Assembly (NCBI GenBank): GCA_000708835.1
Contig: DF237347.1
Span: 22,245-86,244, forward strand
Direction: 5' to 3'
DNA from: Klebsormidium nitens
Lineage: Eukaryota > Plantae > Klebsormidiophyceae
DNA: 64,000 nt
Position numbers and translations under genes: made by a program. Positions 1-12,673 of this stretch are shown here, piece by piece. How positions within the stretch are numbered: the first letter of the stretch is position 1; the number at the start of each line of letters is the position of its first letter. The notes beneath the pieces were generated by a model that had not been told where the DNA came from, made no database searches, and saw only the letters and a program-made list of their open reading frames with translations.

Positions 1-207
1 CCCGCTTCATGCACCCGCAAAACCATTAAGGTGCTCCCGACACCCGCTTCTAAGAGCCCATATTCACGTCCGGAACGCCTGCTTCATCGAAAGTGGCGGC
101 GGAGCGCGGCCTGCTCCTGGGCCCATAGATCCAGAAAGGCCCTCGGGTAAATGGGCGAAAAGACTTATCAGATTGCCCGTACTTACAACCAGACTGTCTG
201 CCTACAG

Positions 208-2196
208 AAAGTGGCGGCGGAGCGGGGCCTGCTGCTGGTGGACACCAAGTACGAGTTCGGGAAAGCGGCGGACGGTTCGATTTTGCTGATCGACGAGGTG
301 CACACTCCGGACTCAAGCCGCTATTGGCTCGCCTCCAGCTACGAGGAGCGGCACGCGTCTGGGCAAGAGCCGGAGAACATCGACAAGGTCGGCGAGCTTC
401 ACTTCCATCCGTTCTGCTGTTTTGTTCAGTTTGCTCCTGAACCTCTTGAGGAAATCTGTCCCTGTCTTTTTAGCTTGGGATATTCCTGCTCGCGCCTGGT
501 GGGCCCAGTAGCGGTGCGATGCCGGCTTTTCAGTTGATTCAACGGCTGAGATTTCGAAGAACGAGAACCGAAGACTGGCCTCCAGTCAATTGTATCCGCG
601 ACTTGTTGAATGTGAGCCGTCCCCGGAGAACTGTACTTTCAATATATGGTCAATGCTCTGGAATATGCTCAAGAGGACAGTTGCCTTCCTGCTTGTGATC
701 AGTAATACACAAGCTCACTGTGGGTCACCTTCTGCTAACCAGTTATTTGCGGTGCAGTCAAGCAGGCAGGTCGCTGAACGGCTGTTCTCACGTATGTGCA
801 GGAGTTTCTGCGGCTCTGGTTCCGAGACAACTGCGACCCGTACAATGACGAGGTGAGACGCCTCACCAATCCACTGCGGCTTGCAACGTCATCATAAGGT
901 CTCCGTGAGTGATCTGGGGGCCTTCTTCCGCATGACATGCTCCTGCGACATATGTAGCCGCACCTGCGACAAGTTTGCCCGGACACACCGGATAGACTGT
1001 CAAAGACGTGTAGCGCTCACAGCTCCTGGACCAAAGCCAAGAGGCTGAACAGTTGCTCTGCAACAAGAAGCTGCACCTCATTTCACCCGTCTGCAGTTCT
1101 CCCTTTCCATTTGACTGGACAATTATTACCATTGCGGCTTCTTAGGACTCGTGAACCGAAGGATAGGCTCTTGGACTGGCTCAGCAAATGGTGCTCTATC
1201 GCTCCAGCCCAGTATCTTCGGCAGCGGCCAATTCACCTTGGACCCTGAAACAATCTCTAAGACAGAGACCCGAACTTGGTTTCCGTAGAATGGACACGGG
1301 CCCCACCTACGTTTTCTAAAACAACCTTTCCGCCGAGTCTTGTTGTTCGAAAAGCTGACTTTGTGGTCGTCTTCGCGCTTGTCCAGGTCCTACCAGAAGC
1401 TCCCAAAGAATTGGTGGCCGAGCTTTCGAGAAGGTAGCGCTCTCACTCTGTGCACATTCAGACGCTATCTCAGCAAGGCAACAGTCTCAGGGAGCCACCT
1501 CGCAGCAAAGATTTGAGTCTGAGCTGCGTCGGCCAGATTAGAATCATCAGCGTCTTGCAGCTTGAACACTTGAGCTTCGCGAGAGATACGTCGTTCAAGG
1601 GTGTTTCATGGTGCAGATTCCATATCTACGGAATACGGATTCTCTTTATTTCACTATTTTGCACTTCGCCGAGAGTCTTTTCCATTGCGCAATCCGGAGG
1701 ACAATCCAGCAGATTCTCCCTTTGCAGACTCTTCGCTTTTTTGCAGGTATATTCTTTTGTACGAGACGATAACGGGGCAGAGTATACAGCTGCCAAACCT
1801 TCAGGTGAGATAGGGAAGGTTGCGGTCTCACTGCTGCTCATTGTGATTGACTTAGCAGAACAGGGACCATGTATGCGCGTTGCTTGGCAACCGAGTTTCA
1901 TCACTTCTTCTTTGTTTCCCCTTAATTGCCCTCGTTAAACCTCCTCCTTCAAGTTTCGCATGTTCTCTCAGTATCTTGGTTCGATTCTAGTGTCACTGCT
2001 AGGAGCCGACGCAAAATTTGATGCATAGTCCAGCTCTCATATGCCGGTGTCGTTCGTGAAAGCCCTTACTAGAGAGATAGGTTCGAAGTTCGCAATTATC
2101 AATGGACCTGCGGATTGATGCGTCGCTGCTTTCTTGCAGGATCGCATACACGATCGGATCGTTCGGAACGTGAGGTCAAGTCTAGGGACCCAATGA
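208..2196 (+). CDS. purC: SAICAR synthetase (phosphoribosylaminoimidazole-succinocarboxamide synthase), 3' part; 5' exons lie before the window
   Basis: Phase-consistent GT-AG exons 208-387, 802-852, 1387-1433, 1747-1804, 2140-2196 (TGA). They give [19 protein letters not shown]...[14 protein letters not shown]...ENIDK|[17 protein letters not shown]|[15 protein letters not shown]|[11 protein letters not shown], matching the DTKxEFG, DExxTPDSSRxW and DKEFxR family motifs. Confidence 0.96.
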
Positions 2197-3291
2197 GTGG
2201 CGGAGTATGCTTCTAACGCATCAGATGACGGATGACCATTCTTGCTGGTCTTCTTTGGCAGGATTGCAACTTGCAAAGCTCTTGCCTCGGATGTCGAGGA
2301 ATGTGCTTAAGTGCGGACTGTGGCATAATGTACGTGTTCTCTCAGCGCTCTCTCACCTGACAAGGCCTTCATCTCTATTAAAAAGGACATTGACATGCGT
2401 GTGATGCGGCCATCACTAAGAATATGTACTGGCAGTGACCGCACTTGAAGGACCAGAATAGAGGTGCAGAGCTCTCGGTCACGAGTTCCGCTAAGGCGGA
2501 CGATCACAGCCGCGTGTGAGTCATTTACTGTGTCTCACCTCAGCGAATTTACCGCATGGGCTACAGACTGCATCTGTTGCTTGTTGGTACGGTGGCCGGA
2601 CTCCGACGCCACATGAGATCTGATCGAACGCATGGATTGTGAAATATCAAAGCGTGGCATGTACTGATCATACTGCATGTGTTCATTGTGATCTTGACCT
2701 AGCTCCTATAAGCTGTGCATCCGGCCTGTCTTATAGAATGATACGCATCAAAATCAAGACTCTGCGTCCGTTCAATTCCGGCCACGCTCATATGACAATA
2801 TGTGGGCGGTAATTAAGTGATAGATGTGCAGGCTGCCGCGGCAACCAACGAAAATTCGATATTAAGATATCGGATGAGCTCAATATAATGGAAGGAGTTG
2901 GATTCCAACCTCAGCGCGTAATCCTTTCCAAGCTGGCCCCGGAGTGGCCATGCAGATCATGTGCAGACCTCACAAGTGCACATGTCATTGGTTCCACTGA
3001 CAGCCGGACATGAACTTTGGTATACGCAGCGGCATGTATAGTCTTGAAGATCCACCAAATCTATGTTTAAAGGTCAATATGTGAATGTTTAGATCATCTC
3101 TGTACAACTAACTTGCGCGTCTTCAAAATCCTCTTTGTAACTATGAAAAAAGCCTACTCCTGGGATGACCAATTATCCTGTCGCATCAAATCTAACAGCT
3201 CTAAGCCTGTGTTACGTCCTGCCTGCATGTTCTCTGTCCTTAAACTGGACATACCTTTTGAAAGAGCAAACGACGAAAAACGATGTACAAT

Positions 3292-5001
3292 CTATCTGCC
3301 ATACCCAAAGGCCGAATTATACCTCTGTTGAACTCCACCTGTTGCTACCTCCTTAGAAGTCAGCGACTGAGCTCCTGGTGTGCTTCTTCCAAGCATCAAC
3401 CGCCTCTGACGTTCTTTTTCCGCATTCTCCCGTTGCACCCGCTCTGCCCGAAGCTGTTCAATGGTTTTCTTGCCGCTCTTGGCTGGAGGTCTTTCAGCAT
3501 CTGCATCCACGGATATTTAAGTAAGAACTCCACCCTACTTCAACCATTGACACTTTAGCTGCAGAAAGCTGCTTTTATCATTGCTGTAAGTTCCTCGATT
3601 TTGAAGAGCAGAAAGTCCCAGAGACGCAGTAACCGAAAAACATTCAAGCCCAGGATGTTCTGAACCTCGGGGTGTTATTTCCGAAAAGTCGCGAGAGCGA
3701 CAGGCCTCTTTTACCCAGTACATGCTCTTTGCTTTGATTGATATGCTCAACACAGGACGACACAGACAGAAGCAAGTATGCAGTGCCTACCTTTTCGTGG
3801 TTTCTCTACTGACTTCTCTTCCCGCTTCTCTGGTGTATCTTGTTCCAGCCCTGACTTCTTCAGATACCAGGGCTTTGCCACTCCGTCAACCCCGGACACG
3901 CAGCCATACCCCAGGCGGTGCTTCGCATCTTCTGCAGCCCCTTCCGCCTCTGCCTTCAAGCTCCCCACCGCCGTCCTGCTGCCCTTCTTCACCGGCTCAG
4001 GCGGAGTCACCCCCTCAAAAAGGTTGATATGCTCTTGAGGTTGCGCTGTCTGCAGCGCATTGCTTTGGGGGGCCGCAGGTTCGGAGTTGGCGGCCAAACG
4101 GGCAGGCTCTCCCGTCAGGTTGTCCTCGTTTCGATGCCTCTTTTTCGCTTTGTCAAGCAGCTTCCTTCGACGCAGCTCTCCTTCAACCTGCCAAGGATGG
4201 CGGTGGTAAGCTTCTTAGATTAGGTGGAGAAACAATTTATGCAGATGATTGCACAGATTTATCAGCGGTTGACTTGATCAAGGTTGGTTGACCAGATTCC
4301 GCCAAAGAAGATGGGACGTGTGCCCAAGACATCGAGCCTCTACTTTCAACTTCTCAGAAGAAGCACGCAAGGTGCTGTTGGCACTGCCAAACCTTGCGCA
4401 AACATCAGCTCTGTTCCTGCGCTGAACGTTCTTCCACTGAGGGCTATGGATGACTTGAGACGAGCCAAGTCACATGTTCTGCAACCATGCTGCGACACAT
4501 GTAGCTGTCTATCAACCAGATTGCAGGTTGGCCTGAAACCAGATTAGATAGATAGGGTGTTAGCGTAGCTTCTCATACAAAAAACCCTGGTGCAATGAGA
4601 TTGGAATCCTCCAAGCTTCGACTTAAATTGCCCCAATTAAACTTCTGCATGAAAACCCTCAAGTGCCCAACATTGAAATGAGAAAGTGCAGCTGATGGGT
4701 CCTTGTCTTGAATACTTGCTACTCCACCAGATGCATATTCTCTTTGAAAAGTACAACCTTTTCAAGAAGCCAAAAGCCTTGACTCCAGGGCTATACCAGA
4801 GAGAAGGAATACATGGCAACAGCAAATCAGATCAGACTTTTTCCGAGACCCTGTTGCATGTACCTGCAGTTGCCGGTCCCGTTGATTCTGCTCCTCTGCA
4901 GCATGCGCTTCCTCGTCACGCCTGACCTTCTCCCTCGCTTCATAGTTGTACACATGCCAACTCTTTTGAGGCAAGATGTTAAGGCCGCCGTGTCCTCCCA
5001 T
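3292..5001 (-). CDS. LENG1: LENG1 / CIR N-terminal-domain protein (~247 aa)
   Basis: Exons 5001-4864, 4187-3791, 3500-3292, phases 0 and 1 consistent. N-terminus MGGHGGLNILPQKSWHVYNYEAREKVRRDEE is the CIR_N-type motif; also HINLFE, PWY and KKTIEQLRAERVQRE...RYNSAFG. Confidence 0.88.
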
Positions 5002-5603
5002 GACTTATAGGCTGTAGAACATGTCACCTTTTATGTCATTGATCCGTCTCTGCTTTCTTGTCGACCTTGTTTAGGATGAGGCACGCTTTCTCCTTTGTGC
5101 TCCAGCTTAAGAATACGAGCTGATATTGGCTCGAGCGGTGCTTGAATGAGCGCACAACATGTGAAAGTTGTGCCAGCCGGCAGTCCAAGACTGGGGACGA
5201 CGTGTTGAGTGACATTGGGAGGCGCTTTGTGCCAAGGGAAGGTTCTGAATTAGATCAGCAGCAATCAGAGGAATCTCTGGTCCTGCTTTCTCCTTTCGTC
5301 TACCCCTTCGTTGGCTCGTGCGCCCTCCTCAGGCCCGCGCCTTTCACGATGTGTACCTGGCTAGCTAGCTCTTTCTGCGGGCCGCCTCCTGGTGCCAGCA
5401 CCAACGCTATGGCTTCAGCTGGCTTCCATATCAGCGCGTCTTCCCCGACTCCACGCTGTTCAAGTGGTTGCGGAGTGGGTCTTTCAAAGTCACTGTACTC
5501 CGTCGGACGCAGCCAGGTTCTCAAATTGCCCGGCCTCTGCCATACTATCGTACAGTGTTTTCAACAAAGCTTGCTTTGGAAGGAGGCTCGAGTCAGCAGC
5601 ATT

Positions 5604-5780
5604 GAGGGAAGTTACATGGGGCTCGGTAAGTTCGGTAACTCGAAAATCGGGCCTGCCGAGCCTGCCGAAGTTACATCGAGGCTCGGTAAGTCCGGTAAGT
5701 GCCGAAATTCGCTTGCCGAGCCTGCCGAGCGTAGCACAACCAAATCGATGTGCTTGGCTCGGTAAGTTCGGTAAGTTCAG
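5604..5780. repeat. Left TIR plus subterminal repeat array of the Harbinger element
   Basis: Three CTCGGTAAGT(T/C)CGGTAA motifs (~5622, ~5682, ~5758). Two ~60-bp units start AGTTACAT and end (C/T)TGCCGAGCCTGCCGA. Confidence 0.88.
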
Positions 5781-6141
5781 CGGTGCGGAGGCGCTGCGCC
5801 GCGGTCGGCCGAACTGCTGGTCTGTCATCCGCACCTAGTTGCTAGCTCGTTCAGCACAAGGCTCGGAAATGGCCCGGAAATGGATGGTAAGAAGTGGGCG
5901 ACTTGGGGAGATATTTTCAAGAGAACTCTGAAGAAGGTGGCCCGTAGAAGCCTCTAGATCTGCCTTCTGGGTAGCTTCATCTTGTCTGCAAAGTGTGCAC
6001 AGATGCACAGAAGCTAAGTTGGCATTGATATCACAAGCCTCAGTCGCAACTCTCTGGCCGCCATCGTAGCTAGCCAAAGGCTTTTCATTTCAGCATCAAG
6101 GACAGCAGCGGATGTAGCTTGCTGCTTGTGCATGAGCAGTC

Positions 6142-9100
6142 ATGGGTTCACCTAACGCTGATTTGTCAGAATGTCTGAAAGACACGCCTGACCAAGCAAA
6201 AGGTGTTGAAGGACGGAGATCTGGAGCACTTTCTGACCTCAGATCTGACCACTCAAAGAAAAGAAAGTCGCATCGGAGCTCTTCAAAGAGAGGCAAGAAG
6301 AAGAGCAGGCACAGTGACTCCAGCTACAAATACAAGAAGAGGTCTTCTGATCCGTCCAGGAAAGGAAAGAGCAAAAGAGGAAAAAGGCAGAAAAGAGAGC
6401 GTGATGCTAGCTCCAGCAGCGATGGCTCCGGTAGAGGTGCTATAAGTGACTCAGAAAGTGGGTCGGATAGTTTCACATCTTCAGATACGAGTGGTGACAG
6501 CTCAGACAGCGATCCAGAAGGTAAGTTCAAAGATCCTATTCCTTTGAGATTCTTACAAAGATTTTTCTGCCTAGTGGGGCTGCAATGTCCCTGCAATGCT
6601 GTGGAAGGTCAAAGGACATATTGTCGTGTTGCAGACTTTGACAATTGACATGCCAAAGGCAAATCTTCTTGACACTTTATGAATCTTCTTTCCCCCTTCT
6701 TTCTGACCTGCTCACATGAGTGTAGTGAAGCAATATAATAAAGCAAGCGTTCAATCTCAGACCTATATCGAAACTGAAGCAAATCTTCATAGTAGAACTA
6801 TTTAGTAGCACTATTCCTAAACCAGACTGCCTGTCACCTTTCTGCAGTGAACAGCCCACTCCAGAAGCGGCTCTTCAAAAAGGACAGCTCTAGAGCCGCT
6901 CTGTCGTCAGCTGCAGCAGCCAGCACGGTGGCAGCGCCAGCTGCTGAACCACCTGAAACAAACCAGGCTTTGAAGGAATCAAAAGGCAAAGCTGATAAGA
7001 AACTGAAGGATGATTCGAAGAAGGATCGCTTCGTTTGGACAATCGAGGAAGATAAGGTGTACTCGCAGTATCTCCACGAGCAGATTCGGCAGAACAATAC
7101 CTCTCTCCCATATACGGCATCTTCTCCCTTCTTTGAACGAGCTGTGGTAGATCTCCTCCAGGATAGTGTCCTGGCAGCAAAGCTCAAGGCTTATGAGGAA
7201 GCGTGCCCACATGGCAAAGATAGAGTGAAGTGGGTGGCCCAAAAGCTCGGAGACAAATACAAGTCGTATGAGAGAAGGTTCAAGGTAGGTCATCTGTTTG
7301 CTGTATCTTCAGGGGCTGGACTTCATGAGCTGTTTGCTTGATGGCCTCAGTTTTATCAGGAAAAACTCGCACTACATGCTGTTAGCGAAGCAAATCACTT
7401 GCGGACAGCATTCAGCAGAATTTAGTGGGGTTAAAAACACCTGTTTGCCCAATTCGTTGAAGTCTGCAAGATTGCTTCGGCTTGGAATAATCTTCTAGCT
7501 TTGCGTGATGGTACAGAGCTCAGATCAGGCTTGCTGATAACTCTATTTACATGCGCAGGCATTGGAGGCCAAATTGAACAAGTCAGGGAACGGTGTCGGA
7601 TTTGAGGACGAAGACGACTTGTGTGAAAAAGAGGGACCAGAGGTGAGCGCTTTGCTTGCTTTCTAGTGTCTTGTGTGGTACAACCAAGTTCTTGATGCAA
7701 GGTCTTGATGAGAGGAGGCTCACAGGTTGATGTTTGAGCATGAAACGGGAGGTTGAATCGAAGTTGATTCAATTTTCAGCTGACCAACTTCTCAGAAGGA
7801 AAGGAGAGGGCTCTGTACATAATTGCCCACGTCTAGAATCTGCTTTTCGTATGCGGCCATGTCACACTACATTGACCATCCCGTTGTCAAAAAGCGCACT
7901 TTAACTAGGTACATTTCGGGGTCCCGAACTTTCCGCTGGCTGGGGCTGGCACCGTCCGATGAGTGCCACGTATAGGGACCGAGTCCAAGTCTGTCAGAAT
8001 TGCACTTNNNNNNNNNNNNNNNNNNNNNNNNNNNNNNNNNNNNNNNNNNNNNNNNNNNNNNNNNNNNNNNNNNNNNNNNNNNNNNNNNNNNNNNNNNNNN
8101 NNNNNNNNNNNNNNNNNNNNNNNNNNNNNNNNNNNNNNNNNNNNNNNNNNNNNNNNNNNNNNNNNNNNNNNNNNNNNNNNNNNNNNNNNNNNNNNNNNNN
8201 NNNNNNNNNNNNNNNNNNNNNNNNNNNNNNNNNNNNNNNNNNNNNNNNNNNNNNNNNNNNNNNNNNNNNNNNNNNNNNNNNNNNNNNNNNNNNNNNNNNN
8301 NNNNNNNNNNNNNNNNNNNNNNNNNNNNNNNNNNNNNNNNNNNNNNNNNNNNNNNNNNNNNNNNNNNNNNNNNNNNNNNNNNNNNNNNNNNNNNNNNNNN
8401 NNNNNNNNNNNNNNNNNNNNNNNNNNNNNNNNNNNNNNNNNNNNNNNNNNNNNNNNNNNNNNNNNNNNNNNNNNNNNNNNNNNNNNNNNNNNNNNNNNNN
8501 NNNNNNNNNNNNNNNNNNNNNNNNNNNNNNNNNNNNNNNNNNNNNNNNNNNNNNNNNNNNNNNNNNNNNNNNNNNNTACCTAGGCTAGTAGTACCATAAA
8601 AGTCACCGGGCAGCTGAATTGGCTGTGTCTGCAGGCGATGTTACGCTGAATTAGTGACCGGGGACTCACAGCCTGACGGGACCGGCGGTCCTATGCCAAC
8701 CCACGTGGTATATGTACCACCCCTGTTTCATTGGCCAGTTCAATTCCGTACATTTGACGTGGCCCCGCTGGATGAACAGCCCCGTATCTTGCGGGCCCCG
8801 GGCAAATCGTAGTGCGCTTTTTGACAACCGGCCGGACAATGTAGTGTCATGCTCGACCTGCAACCCCTTGCGCGCGCGCCTGCCAGTTATTCCTTCTTCG
8901 TCATCGTGAGTCTTTTTGGAGCCAAGACTCATTGGCAGAATCTGTTCTGGACATGTAGCTTTGCTGACCGGTCTTGGTTCGTTTTGCAGCTCGATAACCA
9001 GAGCACCCCGGCCTCTGCAACGGAAGGAACTGCAGAAGCCCTTGAAGCTGAGCCGTCCGCCTCTGCCAAACCCAAACCCCGGAACAAGTCCACGAACTGG

Positions 9101-10024
9101 CCTTTCAAAAGTGCTGAAGAGAGAAGATTGTACGAAGAGTACTGGCTTGATCTCTGGGGTGCTACGGCCGCCGTCATTCAGCCCAACCGGAAGAACGCGC
9201 GAGCTGAAGCGAGCAGTGCGAAAGGCAAAGCTGCGGCTGCGGGAGGCACTGCAGAGGGGTCTGCAGATGTGTCCGGGGCAGAGCGAACGACAAGAGACAC
9301 CGATGATGCTAGAGGGATCAAGAAAGCGGGCAAGGCAGCGGGGGGCCGTTGGAGGAACTCGAAGGAAGAAGAGGAGGACAGCGGGGACGACGAGGACGGC
9401 CCTGGGCTGTTCTCATTCATGCGTTGGCAAAAGAACTTCCAAGAAGAAGGTACGTATGTCTGAAGTTCAATCGGACTCAGGTCGTCCTTCAAAGCAGGTC
9501 CTCAATCTCCGTTCTCTAGCTCCAGGGACTCGAAGCAGGATTGCTGAGCTTGACATGCGGATTGATTGCTTCACGTCCTCCTTGTCGAGCTTGACATGCA
9601 GGTTAGCTTACTTCGCATCCTCTTTGTCTGCTTGGCCATTGAAGCGTGACTTGCCTTTTGCGAAGTTCCGACGGCTGCATTCCGAGGGCCTTGTGGCTTC
9701 TCAACGTGGTTTTGATGTCATCCGGTTGTCCTCTTATCAGGCCTTCGACGAAGAGCGGAAGCGGAAGGAGCGAGCGCTCGACTTCTTGAGAAGGCCGTGA
9801 GCGCAACCCAGGATCTCGGCCACACGATCAAGACGGCAACGGCTCAAGGGAACGCGCTGCAAATCATGACGCTCGCAAGTTTGACAGGCCGTTCGCCGCA
9901 AGAGATGGCACTTAGCATGTCCGATCTGTCCTCTTTATTTATGGGACAGTTTAATCATCAGGATCCGACGAGAGGTGCTCCCTCTGCTCAACAACCCCAG
10001 GGGCCCGCAAATGATACGAATTAG
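6142..10024 (+). CDS. Transposon accessory protein, Myb/SANT-like (Myb_DNA-bind_3/trihelix-like), ~547 aa; start codon uncertain
   Basis: Phase-consistent exons 6142-6520, 6848-7284, 7559-7642, 8990-9449, 9741-10024. Contains an S/K-rich N-terminus, FVWTIEEDKVY (Myb-type WTxEED), KLGDKYKSYERRFKALEAKLNKSGNG, WPF...YEEYWLDLWG and a predicted helical C-terminus. Lies inside the TIRs, convergent with the transposase. Confidence 0.78.
7865..8846. mobile_element. CACTA/EnSpm element, probably non-autonomous, nested in intron 3 of the accessory gene
   Basis: Left CACTACATTGACCATCCCGTTGTCAAAAAGCGCACT versus reverse complement of the right end CACTACATTGTCCGGCCGGTTGTCAAAAAGCGCACT (32/36). TCA flanks both ends (7862-7864, 8847-8849). 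Centre is an assembly gap. Confidence 0.9.
8008..8576. other. Assembly gap (569 N)
   Basis: Run of N inside the CACTA element; the three X-filled ORFs in the track are artefacts of it. Confidence 0.99.
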
Positions 10025-10659
10025 GAGAAATGGACGCTCGGACTTCATCAAATTTCGTCAATAACGTTATTCCTCGATGCATGCCATATAGCTTTGTGAA
10101 CTTGAAGCAACATCTAAATGCCATTAGACCTTTGATTCGTGAGCCTGAAAGCTTGTTTTGTTGCTTCAAAATTCGGGATCGACAGCATGTTCGCCTTTCT
10201 ATTCGCGGGTGCAAGAAGATGCATGCCGCATGGCATCATGGCCGGCCGGCCGGGCAAAACCATTCGAGGCCATGTCGAACTTCGGAACCGTGCCACATGA
10301 AAGCTCATGGTTCTAGTATTTAGTTTGCAGGCATGGATTATGTAAATCAACGAGATAATCGCTCTCGGTCATGGATGGCCAATGAATATAGCTTTGCACT
10401 ACGTTTCATTGCAGCCAATCGTATTTGATGACAGGTACTAGTCTACAAATCATGAGCGATTTTGAATGATGTCTTCTTTTATACGCCGTAGATGATGCAT
10501 GATCGAATCCGGTAGATGGCGGCGCTTTTGGTGACAACGGTTTCCATGTGCATGGCGGCGCTTTTGGCGGCAACAATTCACGAATCACGATGCTATACAA
10601 TCTATCTTGGATATCTTATTGTAAACAAGAAATTTCATACACTCGGTTGGGTTCCTGAT

Positions 10660-12673
10660 TCATACAACTTCGTTGGTTGCTAAGGCGGCTTCCCAAGCAT
10701 CCCTTTCTAGTTTCAAACGTGGCAGATCTGCAGCTAGACGGTCTCTATTTGCCTTGAGGGCCTCTGAGAAGTTTATCGGACAGTAGTAGGCTTCTCCTTG
10801 ATAGTAAACCCGATTAGCGAGGCGCTCAAGCGCTTCTCGGTCACTGCGGCTTTCCCTATACGATTCGCCTTGCTTCTCGCAGATGTTGTGTAATAGACAG
10901 CAAGCTAGAGTTACAGTAACAACGTTGTCTCGATTGCGCATAGGAACTTTGTCAAGCAAAATCCGCCATCTTCCCTTCAAACGCCCAAAAGCCCTCTCAA
11001 TAACAACTCGCATTCGGGACAGCTCCTTGTTAAATACCTCTTGTGTCCTAGACAGTCTCCCTTTATAAGGTGAAAGCATCCACTGCTTCAGGCCGTAGGC
11101 AGGATCGCCCAGAATAAAGTAGTTGGCCATATGCTTTGCTGCAAAAGAAACATGGAAGAAACACGTCAGATCTAAGTTTCGTGAACTCAACAATCATATT
11201 GCTGTCGACAAAACACACGTACAGTGAGCTACACACTTAGACTCATGAAAAGCCTGAAACGCACTCGCAATTCAGGGACAGTACAGCTCGGAGAGAAGTC
11301 GCTACAAGAGGTCGTGAGAAAGGCTGTATAAGAAGACGTGGTCAACATCGACAGGTTTTGAACTTCACAATCTCTTTCTAAGAGAAAACTTTTGTTGCAT
11401 GGTTGACGGAGGATGGTACTACATCTGGATAGGATCTCGAATCAAACACGAAAGCCTGGATAGCAAAACCAATGGCAAGGCCGCATCACCTTCAGCCCAA
11501 TGATGAAGATCACTTGAATGCAGGATCGCCGAGTCGTGAGTTCGAGAAGGTGTCCCCATGTCCAAGTCCCAAAATATCATGTGTGCATCACACACAGCCT
11601 GCAACGTCATAGCATGCCTCTTCTTCCGGTTGTAGAACCACCTGCAGCGACGCCGGAGTTTATGAGACGCTACAAGAACAGTAGAACTCACAGCCGCCCC
11701 CGCAAGAGTGAAACTTTTTAGTTGCCAGCTCTGATTGTTCTTGTCAACACGTAAAGAGAGTGTGATCTGTGCCGCTTTGAGCAGCGTGCTAACCACTGTA
11801 ATCCAGTCCCCAGTTCTGTGCAAGGTAGCAACTGATTAGCTTCCACGTTTGAACACTGTCTTGAATTACACTATGATTCTGCTTCGAGAAGAGTCTTTGA
11901 AGAAAACCTTACCTTTCATCTCCATCACTTGGCTTGGTTATGTAGATGTAGCTTCCGTCCACTGCACCAACTACACCAGGCAACGCTCCCTTAAACCTGA
12001 AACCTCTGGCCATCTCTTCGAGTTTCTCTACGCCTGGCCATTGGAGAAAGTCGTCGCCAAACTGTCTGATAATTGCTTTACAGACGGGCAGGACCGACTT
12101 TGTGATGTAGGCTGTTGAAAGACTGAATTGCGAAGCGAGGGTAATGAAAGCCTCTCCTCGCGCCAACCTCCAGATAACAGCAAGAACTTTGTATTGAAAA
12201 GGGATAGGCTGATTAGGTCCTGGATTGAGTTCAAAAGCCTGGCTGTAGAGTTGTGGTTTGATTCTATCGAGGATAATCTGAAAGGTTGCTTTAGATATTC
12301 TGTAATGCCGCTGGAAGCGGTGGTCAGACATGCTGTACATGGTCTTGTACCAAACTGCTGCACTCCAGTGTCCTGTTTCTGGATCCCTCCAGGGACGGCC
12401 GCGCTTGCCACCTGTGAAGTTGTAGTTACGCCTTCCGCGGCTTCTCTGTTGTCGTCTTTCAGCTTCCATCAGCATACACAGCTCTAAGGCTGCTTGTTCG
12501 CATTCAAATTCTTCCTGTCTCCTTTCACGTTCTAGCATTGTTTGATGGAGCAGAACTTGCAAGTTCTGCGCCTGTACAATGGCAGCGCAAAGCTGGACAT
12601 TTTGATTCAACAGGGCAAATGAGAGCGTAAGGAAAGCGAGCAGCCACTGCTGGACGCCAGGCGGTTGCGCCAT
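10660..12673 (-). CDS. PIF/Harbinger DDE transposase (HARBI1-like, DDE_Tnp_4), ~463 aa, apparently intact
   Basis: Exons 12673-11913, 11641-11490, 11138-10660 total 1392 nt with no internal stop. Motifs FQRHYRISKATF, HTH region VLAVIWRLARGEAFITLASQFSLS, GAVDGSYI (D), FYNRKKRHAMTLQAVCD, GTPSRTHDSAIL, LGDPAY (D), RVVIERAFGRLKGRWRIL (E), CCLLHNIC. Confidence 0.95.

Noticed and set aside
2890-2925. GTTGGATTCCAAC palindrome, superficially like a tRNA/SINE B-box
   Set aside because: No A-box or cloverleaf; a 6-bp stem is compatible with chance.
5142-5838. ORFs of 114-207 aa across the left transposon end
   Set aside because: They run through the TIR and subterminal repeats and have no recognisable protein features.
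7959-8599. Three ~200-aa ORFs spanning the N run
   Set aside because: Artefacts of translating the assembly gap.
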